Made by a program: the position numbers and the translations under genes
DNA from: the human T2T-CHM13v2.0 reference genome, Homo sapiens
Assembly (NCBI RefSeq): GCF_009914755.1
Contig: NC_060926.1
DNA length: 64,000 bases
Direction: 5' to 3' (one strand)
Part shown: piece by piece, positions 1 to 13,167 of the stretch
Numbering within the stretch: position 1 is the first letter of the stretch
Layout: the number at the start of each line of letters is the position of its first letter
Notes under the pieces: generated by a model
The model's input: the letters and a program-made list of their open reading frames with translations, nothing else
What the model was told of the DNA's origin: nothing
Databases searched by the model: none

Positions 1-2
1 AG

Positions 3-415
<413 letters not shown>

Positions 416-1239
416 TCCTTTTTCTATTACTAGAGAACTCCAGGACATTAAGAATTTCAAAAGTGATTTTTTCACCCATGGCTTCTACGGTGACAGAGTA
501 TGGTGTTCCTGTAGGGAAACAAAGCCAAGTTTTTTTGCTCCTTTCACTAAAGCTGCTTCATCCGGGGAGGAAGCCTGGTAGATTATAATATTTCCAGGGA
601 TAACAGTGTGGCACACAGATAACAGGGTAAGAAATTGGTCTATATAGTTTTCTGTGGGATGGCCATTCTCAATGTTCTCCAATAAACTGGGGTAATTAAA
701 ATATCAGGGCTCGGATGGAAGGTGTTGCACCATAAATGACACCTGCAGTGGTACTTGTTAAATGTCTTAACATTGCAAGTGAGGGTTCCCATTTTATCAG
801 AAAATAGAAATTTTACCTGCCCAAGTTCTTCACTGAGATTGAATGTGCTGGCCATGGTGTGGACACTATTTACTTTATAATGCACATCTTGATCCCAGTT
901 TATAAACTGGGCCTGAATATATTTCACAATTTCCATAGTGACCAGCAGACTAATGGGGATGAGGTACTGTTATAAGATGATGAACACCAGTATGTCAAAC
1001 ACAATGCTGTGAGCTGGAATCCTCTTTCAGGTACCAAATGTCACCATACTTTTTATTCCATAGCACGGCTCCCACGCAGCTCACTACAGACATGACCAGA
1101 GCAGCAGGAACCAAAGGGAGACCCGCCCATTGTCACTTTCTTAATCTCTGATCTCTTGAGGTGATTTGACAGAATTCTGCAGGAATTTGGTTTCAAAGCC
1201 AGTGTAAACAACTATGCCAGTGATCCACTGAGCATTTCT

Positions 1240-1531
1240 TTTTTTTTTTTCTTGAGACGGAGTCTCACTCTGGTGCCCAGGCTGGAGTGGGCGCCATCTT
1301 GGCTCACTGCAAGCTCCGCCTCCCGGCTTCATGCCATTCTCGTCCTTCAGCCTCCTGAGTGGCTGGGATTACAGGCGCCCGCCACCACGCCTAGCTAATT
1401 TCTTTGTATTTTTGGTAGAGACGGGGTTTCACTGTGTTAGCCAGGATGGTCTCAATCTCCTGACCTCATGATCCTCCCGCCTCGGCCTCCCAAAGCGCTG
1501 GGATTACAGGCGTGAGCCACCTCGCCCGGCC
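1240..1531 (-). mobile_element. AluY-like SINE with 17-bp target-site duplication
   Basis: Reverse Alu; ATCCACTGAGCATTTCT at 1223-1239 and again at 1533-1549. Confidence 0.93.
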
Positions 1532-4500
1532 AATCCACTGAGCATTTCTAAGCTGTGTATCTCTTAACAAGACCCAGTCAGGCCCTATTGGAACAGGGCT
1601 TTTACCACCTAGGCGGAAGCTCAGCCATTGAAATGACGATCAGGTGCTTCACGGTCTATTTTTCCAGATAGGCCTAACAGCTGGTTTTCTGTTTGCATTT
1701 CAGCTGTTTCTGGCAAAGCCTGCCGTGTCTTACATTTGTCTCTCTATCCGGATTAGATGTTGCTATATGAACACATCGGGACTGTGTCTGCAGGAAGGAG
1801 CTCCCCATTCGAGGCCTTCACAGTGTCACCCACATTCACCTCTTTCCACTTAAACGTGTCCCATGAATCTTGTCATAACAGTTTTGTGTTCCTTAACTAT
1901 TTTGTCTGCCATGTCATTTATGATGTATATAACCTCTTTAATGCCTGAAATCATAAGAATAATCATCAAAGGCAAGAGGGTTGTATATTTTCCCGTTGGA
2001 GACACATCTGGAATTTGCTGCAATAAAATAATAATAAGAAAGCATTGGCAGCTTTGGTAAACTGCAGATTCAAAAATCGAGGGAGAAATGAGCACACGCT
2101 GTACTTGGCTGTACATATAATTGCTGACTGTGGGTTGCAGAAATTTCTCTCAAGCATCATCACCACTTTTGCTCAGTTATCAGTAGTAATAACAGCAATC
2201 AAAACTGAAACTGCTCCAGATGCCTGTCTAGGAAGTATGGTTTTCCATCCTTCCTACTGCTTTCTTCACAAGAGAATCCTCCACCTCAGTGGCCCTGAAG
2301 TGGCCTGAAGGGCCCGCTCTGCGGTCCTGCCACCAGTGCCCTCTGAGGTCCATGGTCCCACGGCACCACGGCCGCCCAGTGCACTCGCCTCCACACTGAG
2401 TTTTCATTTTTCCCAGTTAAGCCCCATCTTCCGGAAATGCAGCTCCAGAGGGTCTCTGTCCCCTCTTGCTGGTGGGGCAAGGGTCTGCGCATCAGACCAC
2501 ATGGACCCCTGCACCACCATCTGCTCCGTCCTCTCCCTCTGGTCAGCTCAGCTTATTAAACAAGCCTTGGTCAGGAAAATCTAAACCACTTAAGGAACTG
2601 GGCAGAAAGAAACTGAATGCAGGGAGAAGAAGGCTGGGGAGCCAAGGACAGGAGAGGAGACATAGGGGAGTCACAGGGACCTGCCACCCAGATCCCCACT
2701 GCCTGATGTCCTGGCTGTGGAGGGCACCTGGAGCTGCCAGCAGAGCCTCCTGCCCACCAGCTGCTGAAGCCACAGTACATCTCCTTCCTCCCACCTCCCA
2801 GACCTCTCACTGGTCTCATCTGGGCACCGAACATGGGAAGCCCCTCCTGTGACAGGCAGGGGAGAAGGAGGCTGTGCTGACAGACGGCCTGGTGAGGGAA
2901 CCCGGGAGGCCTCCAGCATCTGCACCCCTCTCCTACTTTGATCTCTGTTTCACCAACATTGCACCCCAACTTAAGGTCACATAGCTACTGTCAAGCCAAC
3001 AAGGTGCTGCCTCTCCCGCCGTGTGAGGGTGGAACCCCATAAGCCACCACTGGAGGCATCCAAGCATGTTGATTCCTTCTCTAGTTCAGACACCACCTCT
3101 CCTGGACATCCTGTGGCCTAAAGACTATCCTAGAATCAACACTCCTTAAATAGGAGTGGGGAAAGAAAAGGAAAATGTGTGTAATACATGTGAATCACAG
3201 ATAACGTAGTCATTGGTTAATATATACAACTACGCGTATTTACATTCTGTATGCGTCAATGAGTAAAATACTGTGGTTGGTGCTTATCTGCCTTTTCCAA
3301 TACTCGTTCCATGTTCTACCCTCAGCCAGTGCCTAAGCTGCTTATGGCCTTCACCTGGTGGCATGACTCGATCCTTCATTTTTAAGGCCCCAGGCCCTGC
3401 ATGGCTGCCCACACAGGTGCTGTGGCCTCCGTTACCTGTACTGCACCACCAGAGAGAAGTAGGAGGCACCACTCTTCCTGGCCCCTAAGCCTCACAAAGC
3501 CTCATGCCCACCTGCCAGAGCCAGCCCTGTGTTGTCTCATGCTTCCGTGGCTGGGCCGTGTCTGAGCCACCCTCCCAGTGAGACCCGATTGTGTTCCTAA
3601 GCAAAAGCATCCCACCTGGGGACCGAACATCTCTGATGCGGCAGAGCCCAAAGCTGGGGGGATGGGAAGCACGGGTTTTGTCAGCCAAGCGTGGGGGTGG
3701 TAGTGAGAAGGGCCTTCTCCCTCCCCACGCCTTGTGTACCTGGGCCTCAAGCATAGGCCACACCTTGTTGGTCGCTGCCCCTCTATGCCGTGTCACCAGC
3801 CGGCACCACCCATCGCTGTGGACCGCGGCCCCCATCACAAGCTGGTGCCCAGGGCAGTCCCCATCTCTGTGGAGGGCTTGCCTGCCGCTGGCCTCTCTAG
3901 ATAAGCTCCTCATGACTCATGCAACCTTTTCATCAACCCGGAAGGAAGCAGCCGCCGGTCGCCACTAGTGGGTGAGGAACAGTGGCTTGGAGAGGAGGGA
4001 GGACCTGGGTCTGCGGTTTCCCCCGCGGCTCAGCCCTGCTCACAACACCCTGATGAAAACCTCGGCTGCCCTTGCCTCAGGGCAGGGCACACCCTTTACC
4101 TGCTGACCTGGCCCTGGTGACAAGGGGACAAGGGCAGCAGGGCCCCGGCCAGGTTGAAGGACACCTGTGGGTCACATCAGACCTTTTTAGCCCACCAGCT
4201 CCATCTGAGAACTGGTAGCTCCCTGGTCCTCTGTCGGGGTTGGGCGCGGCCCTGTCTGAACACTGCTTCTTCCTGGAAGCTTTGCTGCCCTCCCCAGCCT
4301 GCTAAAACGCTCCATGCCCACACCCACCTCCTAGTGGGTGAAGCCAGGAACCCCTCCCTCGGGTGCATCAGGGGAAGGCTGGGGTGCAGATGCCGCGCAG
4401 CCACTTCACTGCGCTGATCACCAAAAAGCTGGAGTATGAAAACTCCTGTGGGAGAAAGCCAGGGCTGACAGTCGCGACGTCCAGGCTCCTCTGCCAGGGT

Positions 4501-4547
4501 TAGAGAAGTCAGAGGTGTCTGCCCAGGCCTGCATGCGGCGTAGCCTC

Positions 4548-4680
4548 CCGCCGCCAGGGGGCGTCAGGCCGGCGGGGGCGGGGCCTCCTCGGGCGGGGCG
4601 GGGCGGGGCCGGCGCGAGAGGCTCCCGCGGCTCAGTTGCAGACCCCGCCCCCTCGGCTCAGCCGCGCCTCCCGCTCCATG
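4548..4680. promoter_or_regulatory. CTCF-like motif followed by a GC-box (Sp/KLF) cluster in a small CpG-rich patch
   Basis: CCGCCAGGGGGCGT at 4551-4564; repeated GGGGCGGGG at about 4574-4610. Confidence 0.55.
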
Positions 4681-5879
4681 GGGTGCAGTAGGGCAGCTCC
4701 TCACATACGTGCGCGGTGGGAGGCGCTCCCTTGGGCCCCCGGGGAGGAGGTGCCACAGCAACTCTGGACTCCTGTGTGCAGAACTGGCCGCGGAGAGGTG
4801 CCCAGGGCGAGACCCCAACCTCTGCTCCCTGAGCCCAATGCGGGGCTCTGGGTGGCAAGACCCCAAGCTCCCTGTGGTGACTTGCCCCCCGGACGGCCAG
4901 GCCCAGCTAGTGTGGCACCGCGTGTGCAGAACTGAGGTTCTTCCAGCCAGGAACATGGCCCGGTGGGCTCTGGAGAGCCCCGTAGAACTGGGGGTGCCAT
5001 CGAAAACAGTCTGCCCTTGGCACTGCAGGGCCCCACCGGGCAGGGCGCTGGGGGCAGTGAGGAGGGTCCCATCTCAGCTGTCTTCCCTGTCAGCCTTGGA
5101 TGCGAGGCTGATCCACACCTCTGAGTGACTGTGTAAGCCTAGGGGTTCCTGGTGAGTTTGGGATGGGTGCCCCAAGATCGTGGCCGTGTCCCTAAAGAGG
5201 GCACGTGGGGACCTGAGGTCCTACGGGAAAACTGAAATGATGCCTCAGTGCTCTGTCCCGCAAACGTGAACGCACACTCTCCCTCTCAGCCTTCCTTCCC
5301 GCCCCACGGAAGGAGGGTAGACACAGAGGGTTACACAACGAGGAGACTGAGTCCAGACACAGGAAACACTACTCAGGGCTGACGCTGAGTCGAGTGCGGT
5401 ACCCGAGTCCAGCCCTGCACGGCCACACCTCAATGGAGCAGAAGAGAGAGGTGTCCTGGGTTCCTGGATAGTTCCCCAGCCCCAGAAGCCCCTTGTCCCT
5501 AGGAATTTGAATTCTTACTTGATGACAACAGCGACATCATGGTGGCCCCTGTTATTCCACAGCCTCAAAATTTAACCGCTGTGAGCTCACTAGCAGCTTC
5601 TGCCAGGCGAGCACCCCTTCCCTCGGGGCTCAGGCTCCTGGACAGGCTCAGCCTTGGGCAGCCTTCGCCAGGTCCACAGAGAATGGCGTTGGGAAGGGTG
5701 GACCTGGCGGATGGGGTGGGGACAGGCGGGCCAGACCCTCCTTCGTACCCCAGCACAGGGCTCCCAAATGAGAGGTCCCCAGCACTGCCCAGAGGAACTT
5801 CTGCGATTGTGGAAATGATTCCTGCCTGCTTTGTCCATTAGCCACTCCTCCCAGGAAGACACACACACTCACTCACTCC

Positions 5880-5970
5880 ACCTGCCACGAAGGAACTGAA
5901 CTTCTAACTGTATTTAATTCGCATCTAAATGGCCACACGTGGTTGGTGGCTGCTGTAGTTGACAGCGCTG
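5880..5970. mobile_element. hAT-Charlie DNA transposon remnant (MER3/MER33-like)
   Basis: AATGGCCACACGTGGTTGGTGGCTGCTGTAGTTGACAGCGC resembles the MER3-type terminus as recalled. Confidence 0.45.
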
Positions 5971-6179
5971 CGTGAAGGCTCCGGCGCTTCTCGCACCGCA
6001 GGGCCCACAGCACAGACCACACCTGTAGACTTGGAGGAGTGGCAGGGGTGCCAGGAGAATCCTGCCCTGCCCGTAGCCCCGGATGAAAGGATGACATTGA
6101 GTTCGCGACGCTGCGCTCCTCGGGAACACGAACCACACCTGGAAGCAGCCTGCCCCTGTGGCCCCAAGGTTCCCGGGTC

Positions 6180-7330
6180 CCTTCAGCGGCTGCCCCAGGG
6201 GCCTGGCCGGCAGTGTCTGGGAGGGAGCAGCGATCCCGCCTCCTGGGATCTCCCGGGCGCCGCCCGGGGAGGAAGCGAGGGGCTGGGGGTGCTGCTCACC
6301 CGCTCCGCGCGCCTCGGCTCCCAACACAGCGCCCCGGCCCCGCGCCGCGCTCGATTCCCCGGCTCCCCGCGCCCCTGGCTCCTGGCCCTCCCCGCCCGGC
6401 GCCCCGGCCCCGCGCCCCGGCCCCGCGCACAGCGCCCCCGGCGGCGGCCGAGCGGAGCCCGAGCGGGGCGGCGCACGGCGCGGGGCCGGGCCGGGCGGCT
6501 CCCGGCGCGACTTCCTGTTGTGCCCGCGCCCCGCCGCCGCCGCCGCCCGGCGCCCCTCGCCCGCGGCCCGGCGCGGCCGCCGCCCATGGATTTCACCTAG
6601 TGCCGGCGGCCATGGCCGCGCAGTGCTGCTGCCGCCAGGCGCCCGGCGCCGAGGCCGCGCCCGTCCGCCCGCCGCCCGAGCCGCCGCCCGCCCTGGACGT
6701 GGCCTCGGCCTCCAGCGCGCAGCTCTTCCGCCTCCGCCACCTGCAGCTGGGCCTGGAGCTGCGGCCCGAGGCGCGCGAGTTGGCCGGCTGCCTGGTGCTC
6801 GAGCTGTGCGCGCTGCGGCCCGCGCCCCGCGCGCTCGTGCTCGACGCGCACCCGGCTCTGCGCCTGCACTCAGCCGCCTTCCGTCGCGCCCCCGCCGCCG
6901 CCGCCGAGACGCCCTGCGCCTTCGCCTTCTCCGCCCCCGGGCCGGGGCCCGCGCCGCCGCCCCCGCTGCCCGCCTTCCCCGAGGCGCCCGGCTCCGAGCC
7001 CGCCTGCTGTCCGCTGGCCTTCAGGGTGGACCCGTTCACCGACTACGGCTCCTCGCTCACCGTCACGCTGCCGCCCGAGCTGCAGGCGCACCAGCCCTTC
7101 CAGGTCATCCTGCGGTACACCTCGACCGACGCCCCCGCCGTGAGTCCGGGGCGGGCGCCGGGGCTGCGGGCCGGTCCGCAGGGCGCTGCTAGCGGCCTCT
7201 CGCCGCACGGCCAGGCTGAGGGACGCGAATCTGCGCCCTACAGGTGCCCCCCTCCCCCCACCCCGGTGATTCCCAGCTGTTGCCTGTGAGCCCTTAGGAC
7301 CCTCGGATAGAAGCCGGAGTCCTGCGGGGA
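6180..7330. promoter_or_regulatory. RNPEPL1: CpG island / RNPEPL1 promoter and exon 1
   Basis: Very high GC and CpG density, GC boxes, ETS-like ACTTCCTG at about 6510. Confidence 0.88.
6612..7139 (+). CDS. RNPEPL1: Aminopeptidase RNPEPL1 coding exon 1 of 11 (spliced CDS 6612..15917, 725 aa)
   Basis: Strong Kozak GCGGCCATGG; MAAQCCCRQ..LDVASASSAQLFRLRHLQL..TSTDAPA; donor GTGAGT at 7140, phase 0. The 11 exons sum to 2178 nt with no internal stop. Confidence 0.96.
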
Positions 7331-10300
7331 CACGGGACAGCATGTCACTCCGGGAAGCCTCCCGTTCAGGTGTCTGGTCCCTGCCTGGGGACATGAGCAG
7401 CTTCTGTCACCCACCGAGGTGTACATCTGCAGGATCCTGGCACCAAGGGTTGGGCTGGAGTGTCAGCTGCGGAAGGGCCTCCATGTGACCAGTGCGTGCA
7501 GATGAGTCCAAGCCAGAGGCAGAGGAAAGGGCCATGGAGATTGTGATGCTCGGTTTGGGGCTTCCTTGGCCAGCACTGGTGGAGTGTTGAGACCAGTGGG
7601 CCCCGCGACCCCAACATAGACACACATAGGCTCTGCAGGGCTTGCACACTGGGTACCCACCACTCCAGAGACTCTGCAAGAAAGGCCAGGTGGCTGAGGC
7701 TGGCGCTGTGGCTGCAGCACCCCCTCCACCTCCACCAGTGGGGATGTGTACAGGATGGAGCAGGGCCTTTCCTGCCTACAGCATGGGGGTTCATACTGCA
7801 TCCCTAGGTGGTATGGACGGCACACATGTGACACCCGACATATGCAAGACACACACAGCTGTGGAGGCGCTGGGAAGTCCAGCTGTCACTGGTCACGGCA
7901 CATAAATGGACAGGGTGGTGGAGAGGTGGTCGAGAGGCTTCAGGCCACAAAGAGCCAAGGTGACATCTGGGCAGGAAGAACCCAGACCAGTGCACCCCTA
8001 TGGGCTTCCTGTACATTTCCCAGGAGCCCTAAGCAGGACCTGCCACCTCACCTTTTTCCCAGAACCCCTGTGGGTGTGCAGGCCGCTGGCTAGCCGGCCC
8101 CGCCCCTGCTGTGGTATTCCAGGGCTCTGACCGGTGGCAAGTATGCCTCCCAGTATGACAGGTGAGAACTGAGGGATGGGCTTCTCCTTGGCCTTGATCC
8201 GTGTTTGGAGCCCACGTGTCTGGTCCGCCCAACACTGGCCTGCAGAGTGGCCGGACCAGGGCCCTCAGCAGGCTGCTGTGAACGGGGCCCAGTGAGCAAG
8301 GGTGGCCATTGTCTCTTGGCTTCCTATGGCCTACTGGGTGGCCCTTGGGTACTCTGGGCAGGGAGAGTGGCATAGTCCCCCAAGTCTGCGTGGTGTCAGG
8401 GTTGGCAGGCTGTGGACAGGGGGCCTAGCGTCACCTGGCCTATGAGCCGCCCTACTTGCAGAAGGCAGAGTATTCGACTCTAACCTCAGGCATGCACCTT
8501 TGTATGTGAGCGCCATGGGGCTGGGGCCACACGTAGAGTCCCCTTCTCTTCCTGCATGTTCCAGGGACTCAGGCCCAAATCCCTAAGCCTGTCCCTGTGC
8601 CAGGGAGGATGCAGCGGAAGCTCCCTGGGAGGCCCTGCCAGTGGGCCCCAGGCCCCCAGAGGCTTTTTGGAGGTGCTGCAGATGCTTGGGCCCATTCCCG
8701 CACCCCCACCCCACCCCAGCAAGAACAGCGTTCTTCCTGCCCTGCAGCGTCTGGAGCCCTTCAGCCTTGTTCCTTTTCCACCAGCCCATCAGCACCTGTG
8801 CCCGGGTGCCCTGACGGGGATTGGTGCCCCATCTGTGGGGCAGGGCCTGTCCTGTCTGGGGGTCTGCCCCAGCCCCTCACTTCAGGGCAAGTGGGGAGCT
8901 GTGGGCCCTGCTGGTATCTGGGAAGACACCCAGGCTACTGAGGCTGTGGGGTGGACATGGGGCAGTAGGGAGAGGTGTGAGTGGGCAGAGCCTGAGAAGG
9001 GCCTCAGGAGGGTGAGGCAAGGCCACAGGAGAGGAGTAGTTGTGAGGGGGCCGTGCAGGCTGAAGGGTTGGGGAGACTCCTGCAGGGAGGTTCCTTCATA
9101 CAGATTCCCAGGTCCCAGCCCCCCCCAAGGGGGAGGCTGCGTTTGTGAATGGCTCCCCAGGTGGGCCCTGAACACCCTGGCAGCCCAGGGCTCAGCAGGA
9201 ATGGGAGACGCCTGTGCTACCTTGCTGCCCAGCAGGGCCAGGGCACCAACAGGAAGTTTGGAAGAGATCTGAGAATGCTGGCAGGGGTCTGGCCGGGACT
9301 GCGGGGGAGGCAGCCCTCCTGGTCTGGGATCCTCCAGGCCTCAGCTGTGGATTCCACTTGTCCAGTCTTAGAAGCATGTTGGGGGCACCTTCTACTCATG
9401 GTCATGGGAGGGCCTCTGCACGAAGAGCAATTCAGTTTGCCTTGACTATCTCATTCCGGCAGAGGGGAGGGTGGATACGACGTGCAGGGCTGACTTGGGA
9501 CGAAGGTGATGTGGCTGTGGTTGGAAGAGGGTCCCCCTCCCAGACTCTGAGCTGCCCTCACTGGAGAGGTCAGAATTCCTGGAAGGAAGATGAGACGGGT
9601 GCAGCAGGATAGTGGCAGGAGGGCCCCGGGTGTGCAGGCTTCTCAGTGGGGCTGGGGCCTGGCCTCGGCATCTAGGGGTGAGGAAAGCCTCAACAGCTTT
9701 GGTGCAGATGAGAGGTTTGCCGGGGGGGTGACCTTAGGTGGGTAGCAGCTGCTGTGAGCGCACCCATTCCACAGCACTCACCGCAGCCCCCGGCCTCCAG
9801 GCAGCGGCCCCAGCCATCCTTCCCTTGGCCGCTCCTGTCCCCTGCCAGCAGGGTCCTCTGGCCTGGCCTCCACTCCCTGCTTGCTGTCCCCTGGCTTGGA
9901 GCCTGTCTCTTGCAGGGTCCCTCCAGGCGAGGCTGCCTGGGCTCAGGGTGGCTCTGGGCCCGGGCGTGCTGCCTGCTAGTGCGTAGCCATCAGGAGGCTC
10001 TGGCTTCCCAGGTTCCACATCCCAGCCTCCTTTTCCTGACCATGACCAAATCAACTGCTGGGAATTTGGACTGAGTGTGTCCCTACTGTGCCTCAGTTTC
10101 CCTATGGAAGCTAAGATAATGCAATGATGGGCTATTCCCTTTTTTCGCCTTGGCGTTAGCTGGGAGATGCCCCCATCGGCTACCTGACACAGGGCCTCCT
10201 GCCTGGGTTGGGGTCTGGCCCTGATGACACAGTGCAGGCCACACCCTGGGTCACCTGCCCTGGATGTCTCCCTGCCCAGGCAGGCAAGTGAAGGCTAAGG

Positions 10301-10447
10301 GGTGGCTATTGGCCCTCGAACCCAGCAAGATAATCTGGCCATTGTCCCCTCCCAGAGCCTCCTGCCTTCTCTCAGGCTGCTGCCCAGTGGCTAGGGCCCA
10401 GCACCCTAGCTGGGTGGCCGTCTGCTGATGGGCCATCCTGCCCACAG

Positions 10448-10588
10448 ATCTGGTGGCTGGACCCAGAGCTGACCTATGGCTGCGCCAAGCCCTTCGTCTT
10501 CACCCAGGGCCACTCCGTGTGCAACCGCTCCTTCTTCCCGTGCTTCGACACACCTGCCGTGAAGTGCACCTACTCTGCCGTCGTCAAG
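10448..10588 (+). CDS. RNPEPL1: RNPEPL1 exon 2
   Basis: cacag|ATC TGG TGG; IWWLDPELTYGCAKPFVFTQGHSVCNRSFFPCFDTPAVKCTYSAVVK; |gtcagg. Confidence 0.95.
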
Positions 10589-11134
10589 GTCAGGGGCCGC
10601 CAGCTGCCGTCACCTTGCTCCCAGGACAGCCCAGTGGCCTGGCCACGCCGCCTCCCACTTGCTCCTACCTGCCTGGGCTGTGGCCCCAGCTGCCAGCAGG
10701 CCACAGTGCTAGCAGGAGCCCACCCTCCCTACTCTATGGGAGGAGCCGCTTTGCAGGGAACGGGGGAAGCCGGGCTGCCTCCAACGGGCCTGAGGGGTCG
10801 GGGTCCTGGACCCGGGGTGAGTCCCCAGTGGCACTGCAGGGTCCCCAGACAAGGGGTCTCCCGACAGAGCTGCTGATCTCCAGTGGGGTCTGTGGGTCAC
10901 CGGGCCCGAACTTGGCAGCACCCTCTGTGCTGGGACGAGGTTTGCAGGCTGGGAGCTAGGGGTTCTGAATGGAGGGTGGCAGTTCTTCGGAGAGAAGTTC
11001 TCTGACAGAAACGTTCCCTGATGGGGATGTAGGGTTTCCTGCTACGAATATGGGGCTGCCTGACAGGCTCCCCGGCCTGGGCTATGGGTGTGCTGACGGT
11101 GGGGCCACCCGGTCTCAGTCCGGCCTCCTTACAG

Positions 11135-11286
11135 GCGCCATCGGGGGTGCAGGTGCTGATGAGTGCCACCCGGAGTGCATACATGGAGGAAGAAGGCGTC
11201 TTCCACTTCCACATGGAGCACCCCGTGCCCGCCTACCTCGTGGCCCTGGTGGCCGGAGACCTCAAGCCGGCAGACATCGGGCCCAG
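11135..11286 (+). CDS. RNPEPL1: RNPEPL1 exon 3
   Basis: tacag|GCG; APSGVQVLMSA..HPVPAYLVALVAGDLKPADIGP; AG|gtagg, phase 2. Confidence 0.95.
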
Positions 11287-11799
11287 GTAGGGCCTCCTGC
11301 TGGGGCCTTCTGGGGCTGCGCAGGCCTCGGGGAGAGCCCCACCGGGGGTCTGTGGCCTGTGTCCACGGCTGCCCTGCTGAGGACCCCCACTGGCCTCTGG
11401 GTGCTCTGGGCCAGCCCTGCCCCTGCCTTGGTGCCACCGCCAGGGCCCTGCCACCCATGTGCCCTCAGACCCGGCAGCCTGGCCCACCCAGTGCCTGCCC
11501 TGCAAACTGGTCCTTCCTGCCAAGGCCCCCGCACAGCCTGGCACCCTCATACCTTCGTTGGTCCCTTCAGCCCAGAGATAAAATGAGCTAAGTGGCCCCT
11601 GGAATGCAGCTCTGCCCTGCTGTGGGAAGGGCCAGGGTGGCTGCCCATCCAGTGAGGCAGGGCGGGCTGTAGGCTGGGGTGGTCAGCCAGGCTGGGTGAG
11701 GTGTGGGTGTTACTGGAGCCCCAGGGCAGTGGGAGAGCCTGGTGGGGTGAGCGGGGCTGGGGCTGCTCGGCCTCAGCTCACCCTCTCTGCATGCACCAG

Positions 11800-11916
11800 G
11801 AGCCGCGTGTGGGCCGAGCCATGCCTCCTGCCCACGGCCACCAGCAAGCTGTCGGGCGCAGTGGAGCAGTGGCTGAGTGCAGCTGAGCGGCTGTATGGGC
11901 CCTACATGTGGGGCAG
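11800..11916 (+). CDS. RNPEPL1: RNPEPL1 exon 4
   Basis: ccag|G AGC; [18 protein letters not shown]; AG|gtagg. Confidence 0.95.
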
Positions 11917-12137
11917 GTAGGCCCCGGGGACCTGTGGACCTGGCTGGCTGGAAGGAGGAGTCAGAGGGGGAGCCCCTCGTCTGACCCCTGGGGTGTCCTG
12001 TCCCCATCTCCTGGGGAGGAAGCGGAGCTCACCGCAGGGGCTGGGCTGATCCCTGCTGGGTGGAAGGTGGGGTGCGGGTGTGCAGGGTGGGAGTCTGAGC
12101 CCCGAGGTCTGCCACCCTCACCGCCCTCCCGGTGCAG

Positions 12138-12373
12138 GTACGACATTGTCTTCCTGCCACCCTCCTTCCCCATCGTGGCCATGGAGAACCCCTGCCTCAC
12201 CTTCATCATCTCCTCCATCCTGGAGAGCGATGAGTTCCTGGTCATCGATGTCATCCACGAGGTGGCCCACAGTTGGTTCGGCAACGCTGTCACCAACGCC
12301 ACGTGGGAAGAGATGTGGCTGAGCGAGGGCCTGGCCACCTATGCCCAGCGCCGTATCACCACCGAGACCTACG
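12138..12373 (+). CDS. RNPEPL1: RNPEPL1 exon 5 (catalytic zinc-binding motif)
   Basis: [43 protein letters not shown], i.e. HEXXH-X18-E; AG/GT boundaries. Confidence 0.97.
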
Positions 12374-12539
12374 GTGCGGCCAGGGCCGGGGAGGGCAGCC
12401 ACGGGGGGCCCTGGGCACTGGTCCAGGGGCAGAGAGCCTAGCCTGGCCCCCCTGCCATGCTGCAGGTGCCCACACCTCCTGCTTCCCCCGACGACCCCTA
12501 CACCCCCTCACCTCTCCTCTGTCTCCGGACCCCATCCAG

Positions 12540-12653
12540 GTGCTGCCTTCACCTGCCTGGAGACTGCCTTCCGCCTGGACGCCCTGCACCGGCAGATGAA
12601 GCTTCTGGGAGAGGACAGCCCGGTCAGCAAACTGCAGGTCAAGCTGGAGCCAG
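12540..12653 (+). CDS. RNPEPL1: RNPEPL1 exon 6
   Basis: ccag|GT GCT; AAFTCLETAFRLDALHRQM..KLEP; G|gtacc. Confidence 0.94.
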
Positions 12654-13054
12654 GTACCTGCTCCTCAGGACCCGCTCCCACAACTGGGGATGTCACCCCT
12701 CAAGGCCTCCTTGCCTGCCCTTCGTGTGTTCTGGCTGTGGCTTCTCTGTCCTGCACTGTGCCTGGACCCCTGCCAAGGCCAAGCTGGGAGCCCCTGGCCA
12801 GGGCAAGGCCTCCCCAGGCTCCCACAGCCACCGCCGCTTCCCTGGCTCTGAGCAGCAGTCACAGTGGTGTGTGAGTCCTCAGTCTTCCCCGAGGCCCTGC
12901 CGCTGCACGCCCAGGGCATCAGTACACATCTGGACATGTGAGGGACAGTGGCGCTTGGCCCTTGCTGCTCCTCGGAGCCTGACCACTGCCCCTCCCTATT
13001 CCACGGGACACTGGTGGTTTCGGACGCCAGCCCAGGTGGGTGTTCACCTTGCAG

Positions 13055-13167
13055 GAGTGAATCCCAGCCACCTGATGAACCTGTTCACCTACGAGAAGGG
13101 CTACTGCTTCGTGTACTACCTGTCCCAGCTCTGCGGAGACCCACAGCGCTTTGATGACTTTCTCCGA
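13055..13167 (+). CDS. RNPEPL1: RNPEPL1 exon 7
   Basis: VNPSHLMNLFTYEKGYCFV..FDDFLR; YEKG carries the M1-family catalytic Tyr; |gtgagc. Confidence 0.95.

Noticed and set aside
5959-7394. Several long overlapping ORFs, including an in-frame non-AUG extension of RNPEPL1 from 6213
   Set aside because: Stop codons are rare in CpG islands; the products are low-complexity A/P/G/R-rich and lack other support.
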